A stretch of DNA of 64,000 nt from Candidatus Aldehydirespiratoraceae bacterium (GTDB lineage Bacteria; Actinomycetota; Acidimicrobiia; Acidimicrobiales; Aldehydirespiratoraceae), in the NCBI GenBank assembly GCA_047639555.1, contig JBLIOE010000020.1, positions 4,100 to 68,099 on the forward strand, read 5' to 3'. The notes under the pieces were generated by a model that had not been told where the DNA came from, searched no databases, and saw only the letters and a program-made list of their open reading frames with translations. Positions 9,301-18,361 of the stretch are shown here, one piece after another. The stretch's first letter is position 1. Each line of letters opens with the position of its first letter. Position numbers and translations under genes: made by a program.

Positions 9301-10484
9301 CGGGTGGCCTCGCCCCTCTCGCGAACCTGCCAGCGACCGGCACCTACTGTGGGCCGAGCGATGTGGTGCGTCGTGGTCGACTCTTGCGATGGCTGGATGA
9401 CGAAGTGGGCCGCCGTCGAGTCGACCCCATGGCCGCCGCCCCCGAGATCTTGGTGATCATCGACGACTTCGGGGGGTTGGCGCGAGCCCACGACCCGGTG
9501 AAGGAAGCCGCGGTGCACGAACGCCTCGCGCGGGTCTGGGCCGACGGCCCCGCAGTGGGAATAAAGATGGCGGTATCGCTGCGCCGCTCGGCCGACCTGG
9601 CGCCGGCGCTGGCCGCGACGGTCGGGGAGGTCATCTTGCATCGCACCGCCGACCAGGCCGACGCGCTGCGATTCGGGCTCGTCGGGTCCACCGCCGGGTT
9701 CGTTGCCGGGCGCGTGATACGAAGCAGGGATGGAGCGACCGCTCACGTGCTGCTTCCCGCAGCCGGGGACGACTTTCTCCGGCACATCGTGGCCCGCCGG
9801 TGCGACGCCGACCCCGTGTTCGAGCCGCACCAGGTGGGCGAACTGGCGGCCGAGATCCCGTGGTCGACCGTCAGCGGCACGTTCCGCCTCGGCGCTCACG
9901 ACTGGTCGTTTGCCATCGGCGTTCGCGACCGCGATCTCGAACCAGCGATTGTGCGTCTGCACACAGGCGAACACTTCCTCGCCCTTGGTCCGGCCCGATC
10001 GGGTCGCACCAATACCCTCGCCGCCATTGCTCGGTCGGCCGGTCCTCACGCAATCGTTGTGGGCAACGGGTCACTTGCCCAACGCACCGGAATTGAGCCG
10101 ACGGATGCCGCGGAACTGGCCGCCGTCATCACCGCTCGAGAAGGTGGCGCCATCGTTTTGGTCGATGACTGCCTTGAGGTCGACGATCCCCTCGGGACGC
10201 TGGTCGCATTGGTCGCGGCGCCGCCCGCGGGCGTGCATCTCGTGGTGGCGGCTCGACCAGATCGTTATCGGTCGGCCTACGGCCATTGGGCGAGCGACAT
10301 CAAGTCCTCTCGAGTGGGAATATTGCTTCGCCCCGAGCCGCTCGATGGTGACTTGCTCGGTCAACAACTCCCGGCCCGACTCGGTCTTCCGGCGGTTCCC
10401 GGCCGCGGAATTGTGGTCGCCGACGGCTCGATCGAGATCGTCCAGGTCTTCCAGACCGATGCGTCGAATCGCTGTGACCCATGA
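6363..10484 (+). CDS. eccC: type VII secretion FtsK/SpoIIIE-family ATPase (EssC/EccC-like) with N-terminal FHA domain
   Basis: ATG 6363 (MRIVHRSERG...). FHA-like segment GRSVATDVSLDDAALSPRHFSV...DHGTRNGTSIEG (~6640-6910). Two TM helices (~7060-7190). Three P-loop domains: GGTTGSGKSELL with DEFASL and ILATQRP, GGPGSGTTTTL, and GPARSGRTNTL. Confidence 0.85.
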   Translation: MRIVHRSERGERIVEIDIDDPTRPIAALCAALGLAAESGERIGLAIDGRSFDPTTPLAATNVCEGSVVDSTPTSTLITPTSITIQNPTPSARALAIVGGVRAGGSVPVEGGLCVGRSVATDVSLDDAALSPRHFSVTAGGASLIDHGTRNGTSIEGHPVAAPAALAADQMIRAGTTRLMVRDIEGDTPVAVASGLGARGGSIPFNRPPRCEPPTEMAPLRAPGLRPEAPVIEPISVAGIVLPILAGGVMALVFSPFMAIFAALGPVLTIGTWLERRRRARREFRTAERVFLAEMDDLRDVLPSARRAEVWRRRTLHPDPAEVVRRAAGPSVRVWERRPGHADSFLVAIGAADEPFRPPLRANQSADVAVEVGRVLAGLPLLPDVPVPLDLGPGKTVGLVGDRGACLAIARSLVVQMATHHGPADLAVAVGADEPRRWRWCEWLPHAADHASGLRGVTVVTTDDSRAAESIRAMQGERLLLAVLDGDDPFQGRTTVGRILAAADRVATIVLVADEHRLPATCDMVVRADEFGRVTLIDPRQASPGRSALGWGVSLATAQYAARRLARLDDPELPVAGAGVPSAAPLLSLLDIQGDDAAEVEARWRATDGTADLASPIGLDADGVVSLDLVREGPHVLVGGTTGSGKSELLRSLVAGLAASADPDHVAMVLVDYKGGAAFDCCADLPHVAGLVTDLDETLAARALRCLEAELHHRELRLRELGAEDLPAFRRLAAGRDDIDPLPRLIVVVDEFASLASDLPEFLNALVGIAQRGRSLGVHMILATQRPAGVVTDDIRANTSCRIALRVTDRGDSSDVIDSPDAAAIPRHRPGRAIARFGPGELVPFQSALATGCSDGRAGVSLVLPRATKPNVARDTDLQRLVRSIGDAHRARGGGLPRSPWPPALPTVATQAAHDAAAGEWLLVDEPDRQQQRTDGWLPADGHLCVVGGPGSGTTTTLATAALAASAVDQDRHLHVIDLDAGGLAPLANLPATGTYCGPSDVVRRGRLLRWLDDEVGRRRVDPMAAAPEILVIIDDFGGLARAHDPVKEAAVHERLARVWADGPAVGIKMAVSLRRSADLAPALAATVGEVILHRTADQADALRFGLVGSTAGFVAGRVIRSRDGATAHVLLPAAGDDFLRHIVARRCDADPVFEPHQVGELAAEIPWSTVSGTFRLGAHDWSFAIGVRDRDLEPAIVRLHTGEHFLALGPARSGRTNTLAAIARSAGPHAIVVGNGSLAQRTGIEPTDAAELAAVITAREGGAIVLVDDCLEVDDPLGTLVALVAAPPAGVHLVVAARPDRYRSAYGHWASDIKSSRVGILLRPEPLDGDLLGQQLPARLGLPAVPGRGIVVADGSIEIVQVFQTDASNRCDP

Positions 10485-11271
10485 CCAGAGCGGCGAGGTA
10501 AGGGACTCCCAGAGTTGGGCCGAGACTGGAGACGTGAAGCGGTTCGTCGCCCCCCTGATCAAAAGGATTGGCAACCTCGGCGGGTTGTCGCGTCAGGGCG
10601 TAATTGTCACGTCGCGATGGGTCCGCACCCATCCATTGCCGTCGGGTCCTCGTCAGGTTCTTTGGCTCCTCCCGGCCTCGGTGATGATCGGTGCCGGTGT
10701 CGCCTCCCTGGCCGCCGCTGGCTTTGGGGTGGCGCCCTACGACGTCGGAATCTCGGCGATCGCTCACCATACGCCGCTCTCGTTTGGTCAGTCCTCGTGG
10801 GCCATGTCGGGCACCCTCTTCTTGTTGGCGGCGCTGCTCGGCGTGCGGCCAACCTCGAGAAGTCTTGGTCTGATCTTCCTCAACGGGTTGACCATCGACA
10901 TTGCGCTGCAGATTGTGTCGGAGCCGCAGGGGCTCGGCGCTCGAATCGGGCTTGCGGCGTTCGGTGCCGCGATCCTGGTAGTTGGCGTCGCCACGGTGGT
11001 CTATCAAGCGGCGGCCGGTGGAGCGTTCGAAGCGCTGATGCATGCCGCGGAGAAACACGGCCGTCGCCCGGTTGTGGTTCGCAGTGCGCTCGAAGTTGGG
11101 AGCCTGGTGCTCGGGGCGATTGCGGGGGGCAGCATCGGCGTGATGACGGTGATCATCGCCCTCACGATCGGCCCGGCCATCGGTTTTGGCCTCCAGGCGT
11201 TTGACGATCATCGACTCGGGCGAGAGGTGCGGCTGGCCGCGGTCCAGTCCGAGCGTCAGTCCGTTTCGTAA
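10459..11271 (+). CDS. polytopic membrane protein (YczE/YitT-like, family uncertain)
   Basis: About 6 hydrophobic helices (LLPASVMIGAGVASLAAAGFG.., SWAMSGTLFLLAALLG.., IGLAAFGAAILVVGVATVVY..). The start is uncertain: ATG 10459 overlaps the eccC end, and the alternative is GTG 10534. Confidence 0.45.
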   Translation: MRRIAVTHDQSGEVRDSQSWAETGDVKRFVAPLIKRIGNLGGLSRQGVIVTSRWVRTHPLPSGPRQVLWLLPASVMIGAGVASLAAAGFGVAPYDVGISAIAHHTPLSFGQSSWAMSGTLFLLAALLGVRPTSRSLGLIFLNGLTIDIALQIVSEPQGLGARIGLAAFGAAILVVGVATVVYQAAAGGAFEALMHAAEKHGRRPVVVRSALEVGSLVLGAIAGGSIGVMTVIIALTIGPAIGFGLQAFDDHRLGREVRLAAVQSERQSVS

Positions 11272-12239
11272 CGCACGCCGAGATTGGCTCGAATCTTGTC
11301 GCAACGGGCGATCATGGCCCGACTGGTTGCCCACGGCATCCGGGGGCTTTCGAGCTCACCAGCCCGCAGGCATCGATGCACCTCGACAACCTGATGATGA
11401 AGGCCGGGTGAATCGCCTTCGATTGTTTCAGTTTCGGGGCCGCGGCGAAGGGTGACAGTCGCGCTGGCGTGAGCCGGTAGCGGAAACTCCACGAGTCCTT
11501 TGGTCCCTTCGATGCGGGCCGTCATTGGGCCCGCGAGCCGAAGTGCGGCGGTGAGAAGCGCCGACGCCCCCGACTCCCATTCGCATAACAGGCTGACTTC
11601 ATCGTCGACCCCCGTGGGAGCGATGTGGCCGGTCGACGTGACGGACGCGGGTTCGCCGAGCGCCCACCATGCCATCGAGAGCGGGTAGATCCCGAGGTCA
11701 AGCAATGCGCCGCCGCCCTTGGCTCGGTCATAGAGTCGATGGCCGGCATCGAACGGGAGAGCGAAGGAGAAATCGGCGGTGATTCGACGCACCTCGCCGA
11801 TGTCGCCGTTGTGGATGCGTCGGAAAGCCTCGACGTGGGTCGGGTTGAACCGCATCCACAACGCTTCCATGAGGAAACGATCGTTGGCGCTCGCAGCCGC
11901 GATCATACGATCGACCTCGCCCTGGTTGAGAGCGATGGGCTTTTCGACGAGGACATGTTTGCCCGCGGCGAGGAAGAGTTCGGCCTGCTCGGCGTGCACC
12001 GGGTGAATCCCGGCGATGTACACGATGTCGACATCGGGGTCAGTGGCGAGGTCCGCATACGAGCCATGGGAGCGGTCGATCCCATGTGTTGTGGCGAACG
12101 TATTGGCCGTCTCGGCTGATCGTGAACCGACGGCCACGATCTCGCCATCGTCGAGCTTGGCGAAGTCCGTCACAAAGCTTGCGGCGATACCGCCCGTCCC
12201 CGCAATGCCCCAACGAATTGGTTCGGTATGTGGGTCCAT
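11256..12239 (-). CDS. Gfo/Idh/MocA-family NAD(P)-dependent oxidoreductase
   Basis: Starts at MDPHTEPIRWGIAGTGGIAASF (Rossmann motif), then EKPIALN. The upstream part of the 520-aa ORF is Arg/Ala/Ser-rich and was rejected. Confidence 0.85.
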   Translation of the reverse strand: MDPHTEPIRWGIAGTGGIAASFVTDFAKLDDGEIVAVGSRSAETANTFATTHGIDRSHGSYADLATDPDVDIVYIAGIHPVHAEQAELFLAAGKHVLVEKPIALNQGEVDRMIAAASANDRFLMEALWMRFNPTHVEAFRRIHNGDIGEVRRITADFSFALPFDAGHRLYDRAKGGGALLDLGIYPLSMAWWALGEPASVTSTGHIAPTGVDDEVSLLCEWESGASALLTAALRLAGPMTARIEGTKGLVEFPLPAHASATVTLRRGPETETIEGDSPGLHHQVVEVHRCLRAGELESPRMPWATSRAMIARCDKIRANLGVRYETD

Positions 12240-12270
12240 GCGGGCTCCTGTGGGGTGTTGATCGGGCGAG

Positions 12271-14415
12271 ATGCGCGCAGCTGCTGCAACTAGCGACCAC
12301 CATACGCAGATGCAAGCCACTGGTTCTTTTCCTCGCCGCCAAGCAGCGACGCGTCGGTTCACGCTGGGGGCGCCGCGTGATTTCCGAGTTTCGAGCGCCG
12401 GCGACCGGGTGCTCTTCTTGCGTTCGGGTGGACCCGTCGACCCGGTGAACTCGTTATGGGAGTTCGATCCGGCGACCGCGGCCGAGCGACTCGTGGTAGA
12501 TGCCGCCGCCTTAGGAGTCGACGAAACCGACCTGCCACCGGAGGAACGGGCCCGACGTGAACGGGCTCGAGAGTCTGGCGGGGGCATCGTCGCCTTTGAT
12601 GCCACTGCGGACCTCGCGGCGGCGGTGTTTGCGATCGGCGGGCAGTTGGCCCGGGCTGATGTTGCAACGGGGGTCGTCTCGATGTTGGCGGCCGCAGCCG
12701 GGGTATTCGATCCGCGGCTCTCGCCCGACGGGCAGCACGTGGGGTATGTCACGGGCGATGCTCTCCGCGCGATCGTTGATGGCGAAGACCGACTGATCGC
12801 GCAGGAAGCAGCGAGCACGGTTTCGTGGGGTTCGGCGGAGTTTGTTGCGGGCGAGGAGATGGGCCGTACCCGCGGCTACTGGTGGAGTCCGCAAAGTGAC
12901 GCACTGCTGGTCGAGCGGGTGGACGTGGCTCCGGTCGAGGAGTGGTGGATCTCGGCGCCGGTGTCGCCGGCTGAGGCGCCGACCCCGGTGCGTTATCCCG
13001 CGGCAGGCACCGCGAACGCCCAGGTTTCTCTTGCCATCGTCTCGCTCGACGGCGACACTGCCCCGATCGACTGGCCAGCCGGCGGTTGGGAGTATCTCGC
13101 TTCGGCATCGTGGGACGACGATGGCATCTGGCTCACGATGCAGAGCCGAGATCAGCGCACCTTGGCGGTGTTCCAGGTCGACCCGAGCGATGGGTCGGTC
13201 TCTGAGATGCACCGCATCGAGGACGATCATTGGGTTGAGCTGATTCCTGGCACTCCGGCTCGACAGGGCGGCCGCCTGATCACGGTGGAGGACCGGGGCG
13301 CGGCTCGCCGTCTCTGTGTCGACGGCGAGGCAATCACCGGCGACGGTGTGCAGATCCGCCGGGTGATCTCGGTCTATGCCGACGGCGTGGTTGTCGCCGC
13401 GTCGCGAGAACCGACATCGGTCCACGTCGGTCGCGTTGGCTGGGACGGCACCATCGAGTGGGTGACGGAGGTGGCCGGCGTGCACGGCGCGGTGATCGGT
13501 GGGCCCACTCAGGTGCGGGTGTCGCGGAGCTTGGCGTTCGATGGGTCCCAGGTCTCGGTGGTGCGAGCCGGAGTCTCGATTGGGACGATCAACGATCACT
13601 CCGAACGGCCGGATGTCTCGCTCAATATGAAGATGCTGCGCTTGGGTGATCGCGAGTTGGCGGCGGCATTGCTCTTACCCAACGGCGTGGCCGATGACGC
13701 TCGGCTCCCGGTTCTGCTTGATCCCTATGGTGGCCCACATGCTCAGCGCGTCCAACAATCCCGGTCGCTCTTTCACGCGTCGCAGTGGTTTGCCGATCAA
13801 GGGTTCGCGGTGCTCGTCACTGATGGTCGCGGTACCCCCGGGCGAGGTCCGGCGTTCGAGCGGGCGGTCCGGGGCGACCTCGCGGCTCCGGTGCTGGACG
13901 ACCAGGTTGATGCCCTTCAGGCGGCGGCTGTGCTCGAGCCGCGGCTGGACCTCACTCGTGTTGCAATACGCGGCTGGTCCTTTGGTGGTTATCTCGCGGC
14001 GCTTGCTGTTCTGCGTCGTCCCGACGTGTTCCATGCCGCGGTTGCCGGAGCGCCGGTCACGGATTGGCGGCTTTACGACACGCACTACACCGAGCGCTAC
14101 CTCGGCCATCCAGACACCGAGCCCGAGAACTATGAACGAACCGACCTCACGGTGGAGCCGGTATTGCTCGATCCGGCAATCCCGTTTCCACCACTCCTGT
14201 TGATCCATGGTCTGGCCGACGACAATGTTGTCGCTGCACACACTCTCAAACTGTCGCGGGCCCTGCTTGAAGCCGGCCGAGCACACACGGTCCTTCCGTT
14301 GTCGGGTGTCACCCACATGACGCCGCAAGAAGAGGTGGCAGAGAACCTCCTGTTGGTGCAACTCGTGTTCCTCCGCGAAGCCCTCGCCCAATCAGACGGG
14401 AACAGCGATGAGTGA
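12271..14415 (+). CDS. S9-family serine peptidase (dipeptidyl-peptidase IV / prolyl oligopeptidase type)
   Basis: N-terminal beta-propeller-like region followed by DPYGGPHAQRV, GWSFGGYLA (nucleophile Ser), HGLADDNV and GVTHM. An alternative start is ATG 12310. Confidence 0.85.
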   Translation: MRAAAATSDHHTQMQATGSFPRRQAATRRFTLGAPRDFRVSSAGDRVLFLRSGGPVDPVNSLWEFDPATAAERLVVDAAALGVDETDLPPEERARRERARESGGGIVAFDATADLAAAVFAIGGQLARADVATGVVSMLAAAAGVFDPRLSPDGQHVGYVTGDALRAIVDGEDRLIAQEAASTVSWGSAEFVAGEEMGRTRGYWWSPQSDALLVERVDVAPVEEWWISAPVSPAEAPTPVRYPAAGTANAQVSLAIVSLDGDTAPIDWPAGGWEYLASASWDDDGIWLTMQSRDQRTLAVFQVDPSDGSVSEMHRIEDDHWVELIPGTPARQGGRLITVEDRGAARRLCVDGEAITGDGVQIRRVISVYADGVVVAASREPTSVHVGRVGWDGTIEWVTEVAGVHGAVIGGPTQVRVSRSLAFDGSQVSVVRAGVSIGTINDHSERPDVSLNMKMLRLGDRELAAALLLPNGVADDARLPVLLDPYGGPHAQRVQQSRSLFHASQWFADQGFAVLVTDGRGTPGRGPAFERAVRGDLAAPVLDDQVDALQAAAVLEPRLDLTRVAIRGWSFGGYLAALAVLRRPDVFHAAVAGAPVTDWRLYDTHYTERYLGHPDTEPENYERTDLTVEPVLLDPAIPFPPLLLIHGLADDNVVAAHTLKLSRALLEAGRAHTVLPLSGVTHMTPQEEVAENLLLVQLVFLREALAQSDGNSDE

Positions 14416-15595
14416 GTTAGATGCGGCTCGAGCGGCGCGCCTTCATGACGGCCAAGCCTGGGATGACTTCTGCGACACCTTGAAGGCTGCCGGACACATT
14501 GCGCTCCGCGAAACACCCGACGGCAACGGTCAGGACCGGGTCGAAGGTTTCCGCTACATCATCCGGATGATCCTCATGGCGTCGTTCCGCGGGATCGAGC
14601 GCGTCACGCCCGGCACTGAGCCTTCCCGGGTCGGGATCATTCCTCCGCCGCTGAGTGGAGGCATCGGTGTGCAGTCGCCGAATCAGGATCACATCGTCCA
14701 GCCGGTCGACGCCCAGTATCGCTATCGGATCACCGGCACCGCCGGCGATGTCTATACCCACTTGTCGGCCTGGAGTCCGCCGATCCCCGAGAACGTCGGT
14801 GCGTTCTCGACCGGTGGCGATCCCGAGGGTTACCTCGAGACGTTCAATCCCAACATGGCGCTCACCCCGCACACCTCCGAGCTCGCGGAATTCGTCGCCG
14901 CCGACGGCACCGTTGATTTCATTCTTTCGGTTGAGCCGCCAAAAGACGGCAGTGCATGGATGTCGATGGCGTCCACCACTCGAGAGCTGATGGGTCGGGT
15001 TGTCTACGATGACCGCGCCACGCAGACCAAGCCCCGTCTCAAGATCCAATGCCTCGATGAACACGATCGGCCCCACACGCCCACACCGGAAGATATGTCG
15101 ACGCGGCTCGCCGTGAGCGGGCAGCTCGTTCTCGGGCTGCTCTCCGACTATGCGGGGTGGACACGAGATCTACTCACCCGCGAGAACGAGACCGAATTCA
15201 CCCGTGAGTGGTACGAGCGCATCGGCGGCTCACCCGACGACCGCCATTTCGAGTTCGGCTACTGGCGCGTGCCCGAAGGAATGGCGCTCGTGGTCGACTT
15301 CGAAGAACCCACCACACAGCACTGGAACTTCCAACTCTGTAACCACTGGATGGAGAACCTCGCGAACTATGCGACCGGCGAGGGCTACATCGACAAGGAG
15401 AACGCGGTGCGCGATGGCAGCCGGGTTCGAATCGTCGTCGCCCACGCGGACCCGGGTGTTGCGAACTGGATCGAACCTCGCACCCACGATCACGGCGTGA
15501 TGGGGCTGCGGTTTGTGCGGCCCGGCATCGAGCCCGTCGTGCACACCAAGCTCGTGCCGGTTGCCGAAGTGGCCGGACTCGCTCCGCAAATTTGA
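14408..15595 (+). CDS. conserved hypothetical protein (DUF1214-like), paralogue of 29139..30224
   Basis: Shares WDDFCDTLKAAG, EGFRYIIR, YRYRITG, HWNFQLCNHWMENL, VVAHADPGVANW and HGVMGLRF with the second copy. The family name is from memory only. Confidence 0.5.
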   Translation: MSELDAARAARLHDGQAWDDFCDTLKAAGHIALRETPDGNGQDRVEGFRYIIRMILMASFRGIERVTPGTEPSRVGIIPPPLSGGIGVQSPNQDHIVQPVDAQYRYRITGTAGDVYTHLSAWSPPIPENVGAFSTGGDPEGYLETFNPNMALTPHTSELAEFVAADGTVDFILSVEPPKDGSAWMSMASTTRELMGRVVYDDRATQTKPRLKIQCLDEHDRPHTPTPEDMSTRLAVSGQLVLGLLSDYAGWTRDLLTRENETEFTREWYERIGGSPDDRHFEFGYWRVPEGMALVVDFEEPTTQHWNFQLCNHWMENLANYATGEGYIDKENAVRDGSRVRIVVAHADPGVANWIEPRTHDHGVMGLRFVRPGIEPVVHTKLVPVAEVAGLAPQI

Positions 15596-15598
15596 GAA

Positions 15599-15618
15599 GG
15601 CACCCCGTTGGGGGTGCC
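15599..15618 (+). terminator. GC-rich hairpin 4 nt after the stop codon
   Basis: GGCACCCC-gttg-GGGGTGCC, a perfect 8-bp stem in the convergent gap 15596..15812. No T-tract, which is common in high-GC actinobacteria. Confidence 0.5.
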
Positions 15619-15812
15619 GAAGAACTACCCAGTTGGTCCGGAATGACCCCTTGACCTGGGCCGCGAACTGGCGCAACATGTGGCGTCCGACACACCTCGT
15701 CGTCCGCCGCGGCGGGGTGTGTTTCTCACCGGGACCTTCGGGTGCCCGGGGATTGCGGGGCGGCGGGTGCGCACCCATGGGGGAGGAGGTGCGCTCCGCT
15801 GCCGCCGCTGCT

Positions 15813-16394
15813 TCAGGTGGACCAGCCGGCGATCAAGCCGCCCACAACGGTGTCGAGCAACGGGTCGACGGCGAGGCCGGGGGCCAGAGTGGCGACGGTG
15901 GCGACGCCGTGCACGGAGGCCCAGAGGGCGAGGCCGTACTCAAGTGGATCAGCGGGTCGAAGCTCGCCGGACTCGATGGCGAGCCCCAGGTTGTGGATCA
16001 TTGAATTGAAGACGGTGGTGGCGCCGTCGTGTTCGACATCGGCCTCGACGGCAATCTCGATCGCCTCGGGTCGGAACATGAACATCAGCGAGAAGAGCTC
16101 GGGCTCGTCGAGCGCGAAGTGCACGTAGCTGCGACTCGAGACCCAGATCATTTCGACGGGCGACTCGGGCTTTTCCTTCTGGAATCGTTCGTCGAGCGCG
16201 TCGTAGCCGACCTGCGCGCAGGCCCGCAGGAGTTGGTCGCGGCTCGTGAAGTGGGCATAGAGAGCGGGAGCGGTGACACCCAGCGATGTGGCCAATGCCC
16301 GCATCGAAAGCGCCTCGACTCCGCTTTCGCGAATGAGCGTGATCGAAGCGTCAACGATGCGTTCGGCGGTGAGCGGCGTCCGTATCTTGTTCAT
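15813..16394 (-). CDS. TetR/AcrR-family transcriptional regulator
   Basis: HTH ..ALSMRALATSLGVTAPALYAHFTSRDQLL.. The start overlaps the stop of the upstream permease (ATGA). Confidence 0.9.
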   Translation of the reverse strand: MNKIRTPLTAERIVDASITLIRESGVEALSMRALATSLGVTAPALYAHFTSRDQLLRACAQVGYDALDERFQKEKPESPVEMIWVSSRSYVHFALDEPELFSLMFMFRPEAIEIAVEADVEHDGATTVFNSMIHNLGLAIESGELRPADPLEYGLALWASVHGVATVATLAPGLAVDPLLDTVVGGLIAGWST

Positions 16395-18346
16395 GGTGTC
16401 TTTGCCTTCTGCGCTCGTTTGATCGCCCGGGCGGAAGTTCCGATGCCGCCGGAGGGGAGCTTGATGGCCGCAATGATCAGGAAGAGGCCACTGATCGCGA
16501 ACTGATATTGGGACGCGTCGTCGTTCATCTGGTCCATGCCCACGGTGAGCAAGCCTTCTTCGGTGAGAACGCCGGCGAGGAGCGCGGCGGCGGGCGCGGC
16601 GATGCCCGCGAGGTAGGTCATTGCCACCAGAACCAGCGACTTGATGGCGCCGAACGACGTGGTGGAGACGATGTTGTGTTGATAGGCGGTGAGGGTGCCG
16701 GCGATGCCGGCGAGGAACGCCGCAACGGCGTTGGCCGACAGCTTCACTCGCGGGGCCGAGATGCCGATTGCTTCGGCGGCCCGCTCATTGGCTCGAACGG
16801 CGAGCCATTGACGCCCGGTTGAACTCCGTCGAAGGTTCACCACGACATACATCGCGAACAGCAGGGCGAACAGGCAGAGAATGCCGAACTCCTTGCGGGG
16901 GAAATTCGCCCCACTGGCAGTGATCTGCAGATCGAGGCCGAGGACGGCCGGGGCATCGGGTCGAGAACCTTCGATGCCGCCCGTGAGCCAATCCCACTTG
17001 AACAGCAACTGCTCGACCGCAACTGCGGCAGCGAGCGATGCGATCGCCAGGGTGAGCCCTCGCACCCGGATGGCGGGAAGCCCGGCCAGCGTGCCGACGA
17101 TCACCGCGACCAGAGTGCCAAGAATCGGAGTCCACGGGAAGCCCAGGCCCAGGAGGTCGCCAGCTTTCACCATACTGAAGGCCGCAGTGCCCGCGAGGGC
17201 GAAGGTGGCAAGCGAGATCTGGCCAACGAAGCCCGTCAACGCGATCACCGAGAGGGCCATCACGCCCGAGATCGCCGACAAAATGATGGCCTGGCGCCAT
17301 TCGCTCCCGAGCGTGAACAGGCCGACAACGCCGAGCGCGACGACGATGATCGTGACCCACATTGTTCGGGTGGGATCGGGAGCGCTCGGCAGCCGAGGCA
17401 TCTGGAGATCGCCTCGGCCGACGATCCGATCGCTGCGCAATGTCAGGGCGAGAAGCACGAGTAGGAACGGAAGACCTTCGGCCAGGCCGAGCCCGTTCAG
17501 GCTGTCCCATTCGGATTGGGCCGCCTGAATCTCGGACTGCAACATGCCGATCCCAAGGCCCGCCGCGGCGGCAATGCCGATCGAAGAGAATCGGGCGAGA
17601 AGTGCCGCACCGAGCGCGGGAACAACCAAGAGTGCGGTCGTTGCCGGGTTGAGATTGTTGAGAATCGGTGCGGCCAAGATCATGGCGCCGCCTGCCACCA
17701 GTGTGGCGAGCATCCAGTTCAGAGCGCTGATCTTGTCGGCCGAGATGCCCAAGAGCACCGCGCCGTTCTCGTTCTCCGCATTGGCTCGTGTGGCCAGTCC
17801 GAAGTTTGTGAACTTGCTCAACGCGGCAATAACGGTCGCCGCGATCACGACGATGGCGGCCAGTAGATAACGATCGGCCGGAATAAACGTGCCACCGAAC
17901 TCAACGATCCCGTTGGGGAGTGGACCGTCGATCGTCGGGGCGTCGGCGAAACGGACGTCCATGACACCGATGAGATAAATCATCAAGCCCAGGGAAGCGA
18001 CGATGCGGGCCAGTGGCGGAGCGCTGCGCAGCGGCCGGAAGATCAGCCAATAGGTTGCCAGCCCGACCAGCGCCGAGATCACGAGCGTGACGAGCAGCGC
18101 GCTGATCATGGTCGGCCGGTCGAGCAGGTGGAACCGGGCCGGCACAAACGGCAGCAACAGTGGTTGAACGACGTCGCCGCTCTGACGGAACTCGTAGTAA
18201 AAGAGCGCCAGGTAGGCGCCGAGGGCCGCGTGGGCAAAGTTGATGACGTTGCTGGCGCGATGGGTGACAACAACACCAACGGCGAGCGCGGCGATGACCC
18301 CGCCGACGCCGAGCCCAAGGAGCAGGTTGGAGATGAAAGTTGTCAC
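16391..18346 (-). CDS. branched-chain-amino-acid-type (HAAT) ABC transporter permease, fused LivH-LivM
   Basis: 651 aa and highly hydrophobic. The N-terminus LLLGLGVGGVIAALAVGVVVTHRASNVINFAHAALG is LivH-like, and the second half is LivM-like. Confidence 0.85.
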   Translation of the reverse strand: MTTFISNLLLGLGVGGVIAALAVGVVVTHRASNVINFAHAALGAYLALFYYEFRQSGDVVQPLLLPFVPARFHLLDRPTMISALLVTLVISALVGLATYWLIFRPLRSAPPLARIVASLGLMIYLIGVMDVRFADAPTIDGPLPNGIVEFGGTFIPADRYLLAAIVVIAATVIAALSKFTNFGLATRANAENENGAVLLGISADKISALNWMLATLVAGGAMILAAPILNNLNPATTALLVVPALGAALLARFSSIGIAAAAGLGIGMLQSEIQAAQSEWDSLNGLGLAEGLPFLLVLLALTLRSDRIVGRGDLQMPRLPSAPDPTRTMWVTIIVVALGVVGLFTLGSEWRQAIILSAISGVMALSVIALTGFVGQISLATFALAGTAAFSMVKAGDLLGLGFPWTPILGTLVAVIVGTLAGLPAIRVRGLTLAIASLAAAVAVEQLLFKWDWLTGGIEGSRPDAPAVLGLDLQITASGANFPRKEFGILCLFALLFAMYVVVNLRRSSTGRQWLAVRANERAAEAIGISAPRVKLSANAVAAFLAGIAGTLTAYQHNIVSTTSFGAIKSLVLVAMTYLAGIAAPAAALLAGVLTEEGLLTVGMDQMNDDASQYQFAISGLFLIIAAIKLPSGGIGTSARAIKRAQKAKTP

Positions 18347-18361
18347 AGCGCGAGCGACGAC

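Noticed and set aside
8814-10049. 411-aa minus-strand ORF inside the T7SS ATPase gene
   Set aside because: It is antisense to the P-loop domains of the EccC/EssC-like gene, and its composition is Arg/Gly-rich with low complexity.
9730-10458. N-terminal 243 codons of the 513-aa plus-strand ORF
   Set aside because: They overlap the 3' part of the ATPase gene in another frame and are Pro/Ser/Arg-rich. Only the hydrophobic C-terminal part (from ~10459/10534) looks like a real membrane protein.
12240-12818. 193-codon N-terminal extension of the Gfo/Idh/MocA ORF
   Set aside because: It is low-complexity Ala/Ser/Arg sequence overlapping the S9 peptidase gene on the other strand. The Rossmann motif begins right after the internal ATG at 12239.
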